From Takakia lepidozioides (Eukaryota > Plantae > Bryophyta): DNA of 64,000 nt. A program made the translations under genes and the position numbers. The stretch's first letter is position 1; each line of letters starts with the position of its first letter. The notes beneath the pieces were generated by a model. The model did not search any database. It was not told the origin of the DNA and saw nothing but the letters and a program-made list of their open reading frames with translations. The stretch spans positions 46,500,001-46,564,000 of the forward strand of contig CM060732.1 in NCBI GenBank assembly GCA_030704615.1. The letters are read 5' to 3'. This document shows positions 36,301 to 47,700 of this stretch, piece by piece.

Positions 36301-39300
36301 TTCAGAGTAGCCAAACGATGCTTTTATACCAGTGGCACATACCTGCTGCTGGCTACAAGACTGGTGCTCCCATGTCTGTCGAGGGTGACACCCTTCTTCT
36401 TAGAGCCCCTGCTAATGTTTAATTACTTGCTATGTCTCAAGTCATTTGTCTACAGGCCTTGCTTTCATTTGCCCACAAGGCAAATACCTTGAGATTGAGG
36501 GTTGGAAACGTCTATCATTGCAAAAACATTGCTTAGTTGCATCAGGGCTTTTGGACAGGGTTTTAGAGGTCATGTTCGCATTCTGATTGCCAATCCAGAG
36601 CGTATGCCAGTCACCATTAAAAAGGGTCAAGTGCTGGCTAGGCTTACTGCTGTGCCCATCAGTGACATATCCTCGGTGGAGCCAGCTTTACATCTGCAAG
36701 ATATTGGTCTGGAAGATGATCCTCTGGACGGTCTGATTGCTATGACCAGTTTAGCTGCAGCCCCAACAAATCCCAGCCTCACTACTAAGCAAGAAGCTCA
36801 CTTTCAACAGGTATTGGCTGAGATAAAGGTGGGCGAACTGACTAATTCCCAGCAAGCTCAATTACATCTGCTGCTCAAAAGAAACCTGGACATATTTAGC
36901 AAAGGTTCACATGACCTGGGCTGCACAAAGATACTTAAGCATGAAATTATTACTGAAGGAAAATCAGTCAAACAATATGCTTATAGAGAGTCTGTCCGTG
37001 AAAGAGCAGTTATTCAAGAAGAAATTAGGAAGATGTTGGATTCCGGAGTGATAAAGCCTTCTGTTTCCCCCTGGGTTAGTCCCATTGTGCTTGTGGGCAA
37101 GAAAGATGGCACCACACGCTTTTGTGTGGACTTTCGAAGGTTGAATGCCATGACTAAAAAGGATGTATATCCCCTGCCATGTATCAACGAGACACTAGAC
37201 CAACTTAATGGGGCAACTATCTTTTCTTCCCTTGATTTAGCCTCTGGTTTCTAGCAAGTTCCACTAACGGAGGACTCCAAAGAAAAGACTGCATTTACTT
37301 GCAGGAATGGTCTGTTTCAATCCGAAACCATGCCGTTTGGGCTTTGTAATGCCACTGCTACATTCCAACGGCAGATGGACGTGGTCCTTGGTAATTTAAG
37401 GTGGGAATGTGCTCTTGTATATGTAGATGACATTAATATTTATTCCAGCAGTTTTGCATCTCACCTTTTGGACTTGCAAAGAGTGATGAGCAGATTACGA
37501 AGTGCTGGTTAAAGTTAAGGCAAAGAAATGTGATATCTGTATGTTGGAGTTGCGCTTCTTGGGACACATTCTTTGTGGGGATGACATCAAACCTGACTTA
37601 ACCAAAGTCCAGGCAGTCTGGGATTTTCCTATCCCGAAAGATAAGCATTGTGTAAGAGCATTCTTAGGCCTTGCATCCTATTATAGAAGGTTCATCTTTC
37701 ATTTTGCTAAGCTAGCTGGTCCCTTGTTTTACTTGCTTTGCAAAGATGTTAAATTCCAGTGGGGTAAGGTTGAGGCATTGGCCTTTGAGAGACTCAAGAT
37801 AGCATTGACTTCTGCTCCTATACTCATATTTTCTTATTTCTCTATTCCCTTTCTGTTGCAGACTGATGCTAGTGACCTAGCTGTTTCAGCCATCCTAAGC
37901 CAGAAGAAGGATGGTCGTGAGCATGTTGTTGCTTATGCATCTAGAAGACTCAATAAGCATGAAAGAAATTATAGCATTATTGATAAGGAAGGCCTAGCAG
38001 TTATATTTGGTGTCAAGCACTTTCGTCAGTATTTACATGGTTGTTATTTTACTGTTGAGACTGACCACTTGCCTCTCAAAGCCTTGAAAACCCCACGAGA
38101 ATTATCAGGTAGATTGGCTCGATGGTCTATTCTTCTACAGGGGTTTGAATATGATATTGTCTATAAAAATGGCAAAGAAAATGGTAACGCTAATGCATTG
38201 ACAAGAGGGGAAACCAAGGTTCCCACCCCTTACTCTTCTCTTGATGATTTGATTGCTATGCCTGCATCTGTTCCTACAAATACTACCACTGCAGATCAGC
38301 TCTTGTTTTGTAGCTTGCTTGATGAGATGCCTAGGTCCATGAACTTGTTGAATGATTGGGATCTCATGACATTTGACCCTGGTTGATCATCTTGTGGGTG
38401 GAAGGGTGTGCAGCAAATCGCATTTGCAGATTTCAGAGTGGTTGTATCTTCTTAGCTTAGGGGTATCCTGTCTTTTCCATAGCTACACGCAGTGATCTAT
38501 TCCCCTTAGGACCTGCGCTTCAGCCCTGCCTGTTACCTCCATGACCATGTTCAGATGTGGTATGAGACTCTTATGTTATAGGAGAACACAAAGGCGGACA
38601 CTCCTATCTCCTCATATTAACCCACTGCTCGCTGGTCTTGCTAAGTGTACAGGTATGGAGAATCAGTTGCATTTGGCTCTACTCCATAAATGCAAGACCG
38701 ACACTCAACTTCTAGGCATATCCAAGGCTACTCAAAGACAGGTTAACTATCATTTTCCCCATTGTGAGGCACGTGAAGGTAAACTGTTCATGAGGATTGC
38801 CTTGGAAGTCAGACCCATGCTATGGAGGTTCCTAATAGGGATTCAGTTTCAGAGTTGCTTGAGTTGCATCATTCTTCTGCTTTTGCTGGTCACTTAGGCA
38901 TCACTAAGACCTTGAAGAGGCTCCAAGAGAGGTATCATTGGAAATGGATGGTTCAAGATGTTACACACTTTATCTCTTGCCGTGTGGAGAGCCATTTTCA
39001 GACACTGCTTCCTAGGGCCCGTCCTTCCCTTGCCTTGCAACCCATTCCGGTGTCTGAACCATTTGCCAGAGTGGGCCTAGATCTTGTTGGGCCACTCCAG
39101 CCTACGATTAAGGGACATTGTTACATTGTTGTGGCAACTGATTACCTATCTAAGTGGGTGGAGGTTCAACCCTTGGCTGCTAAGGATGCAGACACAGTGG
39201 CACAGTTCTTCTTCAACGATGTCATCTTGCGCCATGGCTGTCCCCAGGAGATCCTCACCAATCAAGGCTCTGAATTTTGTAATCAGCTCATGCAGATTGT

Positions 39301-40807
39301 GTGTTTTAATTTGGGTGTTAAGCATCGTACGACTGCACCCTATCATCCTCAATGCAATGGCTTGACTGAAAGGTTCAATCATACCATATGTGTTATGCTT
39401 GAGAAGACAGGGTCACTCTTGGGTGATTGGGATACTACTCTACCCACTCTGATTTTTGCTTATCGGACCTCTGTGCACTCTACCACCAGGTATTCTCCAT
39501 TTGAGTTACTCTATGGTAGAAATGCTCGCACTCCCCTGTATAATACTCCGTTGCTCACTCCCATTGCAGAGCCCACTGATTGGCAGCAATTTGTGGATGC
39601 TATGCTTTCCAAATGGCTTGTCTTTGAAACTAAGGCTAGGACTAACATTGCTCGGGCTCAGGCTGTGCAGGCTCGTAACTACAACAGGAAAGTTCACTAC
39701 TCAGAGGAATTCTTGGTGGGCCAAACTGTGTGTGTCCGTCTGCAACTTGGGAAAATTATCTCCAAAGCTTCGAAGCACATTGAGGACCCTCATCTCATCA
39801 CTGAAAAACTTCATGGGAGAAAATTCTTGTTGCTTCCCCAACATCATTCCACGCCACCCATAACTCACCCTGTGCATGTGGACTCCCTGGTGCACAACAG
39901 ATTGGTCTTCGATCTCACCTGCATCAATGTAGAAGGTAGGACGACTGGCTGATTTTTGTATGTGATTGAGTGCAGGGATTAAAGGCTGGAGTGTTGCAGC
40001 CTTGTGTGTTTTCTGGAGGTCCAAGTTGTGGCCTCTATTGTGTGTTTTCTGGAGGTCCAAGCTATGGCATCTCTTGTGTGCAAATAATGGTCTGCTGCAG
40101 ACCAGTGACATCTGGTGTTAGAGGAGGTGGAAGACCTTAGCACAGGCTTTTAGCTTCGTGTTAGTGTTTAGCATCACTGTTGTAACGCGATTGGGGTTTT
40201 TTCCCCAGCGAGTTTTGCCCTTAGCCCACTTTGCAGGTGCAAGATTTTCTCGCTGCGGGTTTTTACATCCCTCTCGCGCCGGATGCTAGTATTAGGCATG
40301 GTGTGGCTTATTTAGCTTCGGTAGTTCGGTATTTCAGTTAGCTCGCGGGAGCTCGCTTTCCTAGCGGGGGCAAGCTGTACATATGTAGAGCTCCAGATTC
40401 TATGGCGGTGCATATGCTCTCCTGTCAGTCCCTTGGATGAAAAGCATGGGGTTGTTGGACATTAATGATGATAGGGACTATCTTTGGTTATATGATTGTC
40501 CTACGTTAACAATCACGAGATAAGCCAACCTGGAAACTGAGCTGGCTGATGTGAGGTCTTGTAATCCGCATGTCCAATAAGAGTGCTGCATCTAGATCTC
40601 CAGATTAGCCTCTCCTGATTATTTAAATGAAGAGATCATCAGGCTTAGGCAGGATGTTTTTGGTGTTCAAGCTGGTGCAGTGGATGTGTGAAGGACTCTG
40701 GATGAAACTATTTTGATACTCTGCTGCGTGCAACGATTGGCTTAGATTGTATATGTGCTCTGCAATAGATCCTCCCCTGTCAGCTTGGCAAAGTTCTATA
40801 GCTTACA
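33350..40807 (+). mobile_element. Decayed non-chromovirus Ty3/Gypsy element with upstream ORF and only a candidate 3' LTR
   Basis: gag with CLICKSTEHWTRFC knuckle; protease IDTGCTVSAI (about 35877); RT (SPWVSPIVLVGKKDGTTRFCVDFRRLN, YVDDI); RNase H (LQTDASDLAVSAILSQ); integrase (GHLGITKT, GLDLVGPL, TAPYHPQCNGLTERFN). PPT-like agcggggg then TGT at 40376; outer ends TGTAA...TTACA with ttccc/atccc flanks. Boundaries are less certain than the domain calls. Confidence 0.8.
34752..39952 (+). pseudogene. Disrupted gag-pol (gag, PR, dUTPase-like, RT, RH, spacer, INT)
   Basis: ORF fragments 34752-35237, 35131-35694, 35910-36422, 36502-37254, 37330-37512, 37502-38386 and 38822-39952. Confidence 0.9.
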
Positions 40808-41787
40808 ATCCCCTGTGCATGACTTAACCCGCAGAGGATAAGAGCATATCCTTGCGTCGGGGCTTTAGCTTTACATGCCGACACCCACTCGCTAGACATG
40901 GGCAAGGTCACCTTGACTTGGCATGTTCAAGGCCATGAATACGGTGCTCGGGTTTAGGGCATGCAACGATATTCAATGCCCATTTTTGATGGGATATAAT
41001 GGGATATAGGGTTCAGGGCAAAGGGTGTGGACGTTTGCCGCCCACCTTGCTGTATACCTGATATCCCCTTGGAGTGCTGGGTTCGCTGTAGGGTGGGGAT
41101 GCTCTAAAAGGAGAGACTTTATTTATTTATTTAGAACAGGGGGATTGTAGCCCTGATAACCTTTATTATAATTTATTGTGGGGTTACTAACCGATACCGA
41201 TTATTTGGGGTAGCCGATATCTTTTTTAATCTGATTAAAAGGGCCTCTGTCCGTTTTTACATATATATTAATATACATGTATATATGACGCAAGTTCTAG
41301 GGGCGCCGGGCCAGCCGAGGAAGAGGAGGGTGGCCCCATGGCGGAAACTGGCAGGGCACTAGGTCGTCTTGTCGCTCGAGGGCCACGCTGCGCAGTGCCC
41401 CCGGCCCTATGGGCTTCTCTCTCATGCTTCCTCTCTTTTTCTTTCCTTTCTTCCCCGTCTCCCCCTTTCAATTCTTGTGAGAAGGTCCCATTTTAGTATT
41501 GCAAGCAGTTTTGTGGAAAACTGCAAGGATCCGCACGATTAGGCAGAAAGAGAGTAGTTTGTTAGGATCTGGCGAAGGCAGTCTTGCAGTAATCGGATTG
41601 GCACATCCTAACATCATACTGCACTAAAAGCAGTTGCGTTGAAGATTTTGAGGATCGACTGAAAAGAAGGGAGAGACGAAGACTTTTTAGGGTTTGGTGA
41701 GCGCACGGATTGAAGTAAGTGTAGTGGTGGACGAAGGCACAACCTAACGTCCATGCTAATGCCGGTGTGCAAAAAGGAGCACAATCC

Positions 41788-44700
41788 ATGGCGCGGGCCT
41801 CCAACAGCAACACCAAGTTTGCATCCGTAAACCTGAACAAGAGCTATGGCAAGCCGGCACTCACAGTCCCAAGCGGTTTGGGTGGAGCAGCTCTGTCGTC
41901 ATCAGGCCGCGCCCGGCTCTCCTCGCATGGTGGCATGTTGCTTCTTACGCGGCCGGGGCGTCCGCAGCCTGCTGCCGTCGTCCAGAAAGGTGGCAAACTT
42001 ACAGTACCGCGCCCCGTTAATCTGCCCTCTCTTCGGAGGGAGCATGCAGGGAATGATCCTACTATCGCGCTCGTTGGTGGCACTTCAGGATGGTCGAAGA
42101 CTCAGCAACAAGAGGAGTCTGCGGTACCTGCTTCTGTGACTATTTCATCAGAGTCTACGGGTATGTTAGTATCCAGTTCAAAATGTGGAATAGAAAAGAA
42201 TATCGCTTGAAGGCTTATGAGAACATTGGTGGAATTTTCCCTGCAGCCTTAACATCATAGAGAGAAATGTAGAATGATGTTAATGTCGGCCACCATGCTG
42301 ATGACTGTGGTGGGTTACACCGAGTCTTATTGGCTAGAAACTTGTCTGTTGTACTTTCTTGGCTGCACATTGGTTACTATGGATGATTTACTCTAGGTGG
42401 ATTTTCTTTTTCTTTTTTCTTTTTCTTTCTTCTCTGGAGGGATTTGCAGGAAGAGGGCAGCATCCCTTGGAAGAGAAAATAAAGGCCGGAGTAGCTTTAA
42501 GCCAATGCCTCTGTGGGTTGTAGAGGAGGGCATAACCCTACCTGTTCAGGGATGACACAGGCATGCCAACAGAAAGAAATCTCAATGGAGAAAAGTTGGG
42601 AAGAACACATGCAGAAAGACGGTTATGGTGAGAATTAGTTAGAGTGAGATCACTAGAGGTGCTGAATGCAACAGGTAGGAGTAGTATGTTGAAAGGTACA
42701 TCTTTGGGTTCTGAGTGCAACTAAAGGGAAGGACTTTAGTACATCCGTTTTCCCTCTATCTCCCAAATCTGATATACAAATACCTGCAGTCTCTTCACGG
42801 ATTGTCCCCTCTCTGAAAGCCACAAGCATTGTTTCTTACAGGCATTACAAAATTATCACCAGCTCTGGGTGCTGGATCCACATGGGGGACATCACCCTCG
42901 TCACTTGGGCTTCCAGGTGCATCTATCAATGGCGAACACGGGCCTGTACCAAACCAAGTAGCCAGCCACAGGACAAATGAAGTAGCAGTGACCAGATCAG
43001 GTGTTTACAAGCCACCTCGTGGGCACTCTCTGCAATCCAATTCTGCCTCCTTCCAAGTAGGAGATGTGGGCCCAACAGTGGCGAAGGCTGTAGTGTTGAG
43101 AGGAGAAGACTTCCCTACATTGCAGGCAGCCCTCCCTCCTCCTCCAGCCCCGTCCCAACAGCGGCAGAAGGAGTTACAGCAAAAGCAGAGAGAGAAAAAA
43201 CAAGAGCTCAAAGAACAGCAGCAACGGCTGCAGCAGCTCTCCGAGCAGCACTTGTCACCCAAGCCTGAAGATGCCTTCCAATCCCCCTATGGAGGTCGGT
43301 GTTTATCTCCACCATTCTCTTAAACAGACTCTTCTCAGACCACATTTCTTGGAGTCTCAATATTAAATATGCTGGGTGAGTAGAGCATGACAGGGAAGAA
43401 AACTGTTAAGAAAGCATAGAGAAGTCTGGTCGGGGTAGAGATTACTGTTGTCATGTTAAGACGTTTTGACTGATCCATACAGAATAAGACAATCAATTGA
43501 ATGACATCATCCAACATGGTCCCATCTTACTTCAGTCTCTTTCCATGTTTATCAGCTACTTCTAGTCTAGGGTGGGTGGGTGGGTGGTTTGCATGTAGTT
43601 TTAGTCTCATCGCCATAGATGACCACATTGTTAGTCAAGCACTTGATGGACAAGGTTATCAAATCAGAAACCTGTGCCGAAGCTACCAAATATTTACTTC
43701 AAAGCTATGGCGACTATCACATCACAGGCTGGAGTTTTCAAGCATACTGAAAGATCATCCTTCACTAGTTTTCGTGTGCTAAAAGGACCAAACCATTTGG
43801 GATAAGAAATCCTACTTAGAGCTATTCCTACCTATCAAGGCAAAGGTGAAGCCTCACCTGCTCCCATCCCAGCTAGACCACAAATAACTGTTGGTGGTCC
43901 CAAGGGATGTCAGGCTTCTCTGGCTTCGGAGTGTCTCCAACTGATGCAGGTTCTCTTTTGCCCATCTTAGATCCACCTCTCTAGCTAAAGTGCCCCTATA
44001 GTAGATAGGGACAGCTGAGGGAGAGACAAGATCAAGATCACTGGATTTGACAGTCATTTGGGGTCAAGCTTGTTCTGTTAAAGTGTTTTGGTTTATCCAA
44101 TGACCTGTTTCTCTGTGCATGCATTGGGATAGGGCTTTTTGCAGGGCCCTGTCTTCATGTTTGGATACGTTGATGTAACAATGAACCCAGTGTTTGGGTG
44201 GCAGTCCACCGGGTTTAGTAACAACCATCGAGAACTCTCTAGCCTCAAAATGCTCCTGTCCCCCCTTTCTCAAAAGCCCTGGTTGAAATTTCAGACAACT
44301 GGTTTCTCTTTAGCTGTTTAATTGTTCATATTTGACTTGCACTCTGAGCTGGTGCAGGTCCCCAACTTCAGCCTGCGCATCCAGTGATCTTGCAAACAAA
44401 GATTGAGGATCCAACGGTCTTCGAAGAGGGTTCAGTGCGGCAGGAACACCAAGGCTCCACACTGATTGAACCAGATACAAAGCCTGACAGATACTCGTTT
44501 GGGCCTCCCTCCCCCACTATTCGGATACGCCTGCACTCAAATTGGACAGATGATGAAAGAGACCCTGCCCCCAGCTTTCGTCCTCAGGGATTAGGGTCCT
44601 ACCCTGACTGGTCGGACCGTTCAGAAAGTGACCCAGAATTCCGCCGTGCTACTCGGGGGAGTGATGAATTTGACAACAGCCGACCCCCCTTCCACAGGGT

Positions 44701-47700
44701 ATCGCAGCCCACTGTTGTGGCAGGACAAGATCCGAGTCTGAGCAGGGATGGCAATGGGAGGAGCAGTGGTTTCGGTGTTGAAAGTGCCTTGACCAGAAAA
44801 GCTGTGAACATCGGTAGTTTCGGCCGTGAGGGCGGACTTGGTAGGGAGGACAGCAGCGGCAGAGAGGATGGGTTCAATTGGGAAGGGGGATCCAGCCAAG
44901 ACCGGGGGGTTTATGGGAAGGAAGGCAACTCCAATAGGGATGCCGGATATGCAGGTTGGGGGGGTTTCAGCCGGCAAGCAGGCCGCGATTTTGGGGCTGG
45001 CAGGGAGAGTGGGTATGAAAGAGATGGATGGTATGGCCGGCCAACGAGCGGTGGAAGGTGTAGATTGCAAGAGAGGCAAGGTTCTTTGAACAGGGACCCC
45101 GCATTTGGCAGGGAGGGTGTTTTCCAAGAAGGGGGATTCAATAAGGATGCTGGTTTTGGTCGGGATAGTGGCTTCAACAGGGATGGTTTCCTTGGGAGAG
45201 AGAACAGGCGGCCACAAGTGGGTGATCACGATGGGGCTCGTGGTAGATTTGGAGACCGGTTTACAAGAACACGGTTTGAAGGGTCAGACTTTAAGCCTGG
45301 TAGTTTTGCCTCTGGCAGAGGACCGCTGGGGCTTGACTCAGGCGTGGACTTCCGCAGGGAAAGGCGTGGCTATGGCAGTCACCATGAAGATCCACTGATG
45401 AGGGATTTGGTTGAGATTCCTGGCTTAGACAATTTTCGACCTGCAATAGGCGTGGGCATTGAGCCTCCCTTGACCCCTTTTTTGGGTTTGGAAACCAAAG
45501 CTTTCCGCAGGAAGAAAGATGAGGTGAAGGATAGTGATTTTCGAGATCCAGAGAGAGAGTCATTTGAGGCTGAACTTGAGAGAGTCCAGAAAGCTCAGGA
45601 GCTTGACCGGCAGAGGAAGATTGAAGAGAAAGAGCGGGCAGTGGAAAAGGCACAGAAAGAAGTCGAGGAGCGCGAGAAGCTAGCCAAAGAGGAAGAAGAG
45701 AGACAGGTATGTAATTTTTGCTGTACCTGGTGAATGGGAGGGGAGGGTGGTAGGGAGTGATGTGGAGGTTGATAAGTTGCAGGAGGGTGAGGGCACAGGT
45801 GTTGTATTGCTTGATTTTTCATCCACTTACTGGGGATAACATGGTTTGACAATCAGGCCTGGTCCCTACTCATTCTTAAACATTCTATTAATGGGCAAGG
45901 TTCATGAGGTTGTACAACTGGCCATCTATTTCAACCATGACTGGTCAAAGCATGTTCTATGTGGCACACTGCAGTGGGAAGTTCGTCTCAAAGGAATCCG
46001 GAACGGATTAACTCAGAATGGCTGCTGGGGACCTTGCAGTGTCAGATTCTGATGATTAATGTGGAGAATTTTTGTTTTCAATTCTCCTCATTGGTTTGTG
46101 AACATATCAAACGTCTATGGTAACCCTATGGCAAGATTGAGTTGAAGGATTTACTAGGTCCCCTCTCCTCAAAGGATATGCAGACAAGCAGCGGTAGCCA
46201 GTTTGTTGCGTCACCACTTCTCCTCTTGTGTCGAACTCGACTCATGTGTCGATGCCCGATGTTTTGTGGATGCACAACTGAGTGGCACCATGTCCAGTAG
46301 GTCTCTTACTACAGGCCTCACATACTGAAATTCAGGATGCCCCTGGTTTGGGGATGTCAGAGCTAAATTTGTGTCCTCATTTGGTAATACATAATCTGCA
46401 GTTCTATAGTGCTTTTCAGTCCCAAATACCGAAGTTGTAAACCATTGCCTTATGTTTGTCAAAAGCAAACCCTACAGGCAAAGCTGGAGGAGGAAGCCAT
46501 GGAGGCAGTTGCAAGAGCAGAGCGGGAGGCGTTAGAGGCAGTCCAGAAAGTAGAGGATGAAAGGAAGGCACGGGAGGATGAGAAACGGCAAATGCTTGTA
46601 GCGGAAGAAAGACGGATAGAGAATGCGCGGCTCAAGTTACTGGAGCTCGAGGAGCGAATCGCAAAACGTGAGGCAGAGAAGAAGAGAGAGGAGGATGCCA
46701 GGTATCTTTCCTTCCATACTTGGTGCAGTAATGTTTGAAGCTCTGGTGGAGGCTCGACAAAAAAAATGTGAGACGGATAGTTGGAGCTTTTAAAGTGTCA
46801 GCAAGTGTCTCTTCCGGCATTGAGGTCCCACCAAGAGTTTTGTCAAGCCCAACTGCATTGCAGTCCAAGACAGTCAGAGTCCCTTCAAAGGCTAACTTTT
46901 TCAGGTATTTAGTTGATTGGTTGTGTCGTTGTCAAATCTGATCTCTTCAGTTTTACCACCAGGGTCCAGGACGAGGTGAGAGTAATGTCAATACAATCGG
47001 CAAAGGAGGAAGAAGTACAACACTGGGATGACCTAGACAGGGAGGAAGTGGAGAGGAGACGAAGAGAGGCTGGTTGCCAGCATCACAGGTGCTGACCAAG
47101 AAGATGATGACCGCGCACCACTGTGGACTTCATGCTCAGCGACCTCCCCGTCACTGTCACGAGGGTCAGTGCCAGACGAATTTGCTTCCCATGGCAAGTC
47201 TCAAGAAGTTCGCCCCAGCCCCCTGGACCCAGGTGCCCGGTTACCCAAATACCGAGGGGGGAACACCATGTTTGAGTCTGACCGCAGCCGGCCCTTTCTC
47301 CCCTGGAGGAGGGATGTTCCTGTTGACAATGGAACTGGACCTGCACTTTCCTCTCAATTTTTTTCTTCTTACGGACGTGATGAAAGTGGCGAATTCCAGG
47401 CTTCGATGCTGCGTGATCAGGTCCATAAACGCACAAGGTTTTTGCGACAGGGGAGAGCCTCTACAGCGGGGGAGCTACTACGGTTGGCTTCCCTTAAAGG
47501 GGAGGCAGGGGAGTTTTCAAGAAAGATCATGTTTCCCACTACGCCGAGTGGCGGTGGGCAGGGAGGAGCCAGGGCTTCCCACAAGTATCCAGCCTATTCT
47601 CGTGCAAACACTCCCGATGTTGATGGCAGTTTTTTAGATAATTCTGGGGAACGGGAGGGGGATCGCCGATGGGCCAGAGATAGGGATCGCTGGAGGGGAA

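Larger units (their letters stand above)
33303..41105. mobile_element. PIF/Harbinger (Tourist)-like MITE split by the Gypsy insertion
   Basis: Perfect 16-bp inverted repeat agagcatccccaccct (33303-33318) / agggtggggatgctct (41090-41105). GAGCATC-type ends are typical of Tourist elements, but no clean TWA TSD on the left. Confidence 0.55.

Noticed and set aside
40108-40130. LTR end plus tRNA-Leu-like PBS (tgaca-tctggtgttaga)
   Set aside because: Lies downstream of integrase, match is short and imperfect, and no matching LTR precedes it.
44599-45653. Antisense ORFs over the BAT2-like exon
   Set aside because: Shadow frames of a GC-rich coding exon.
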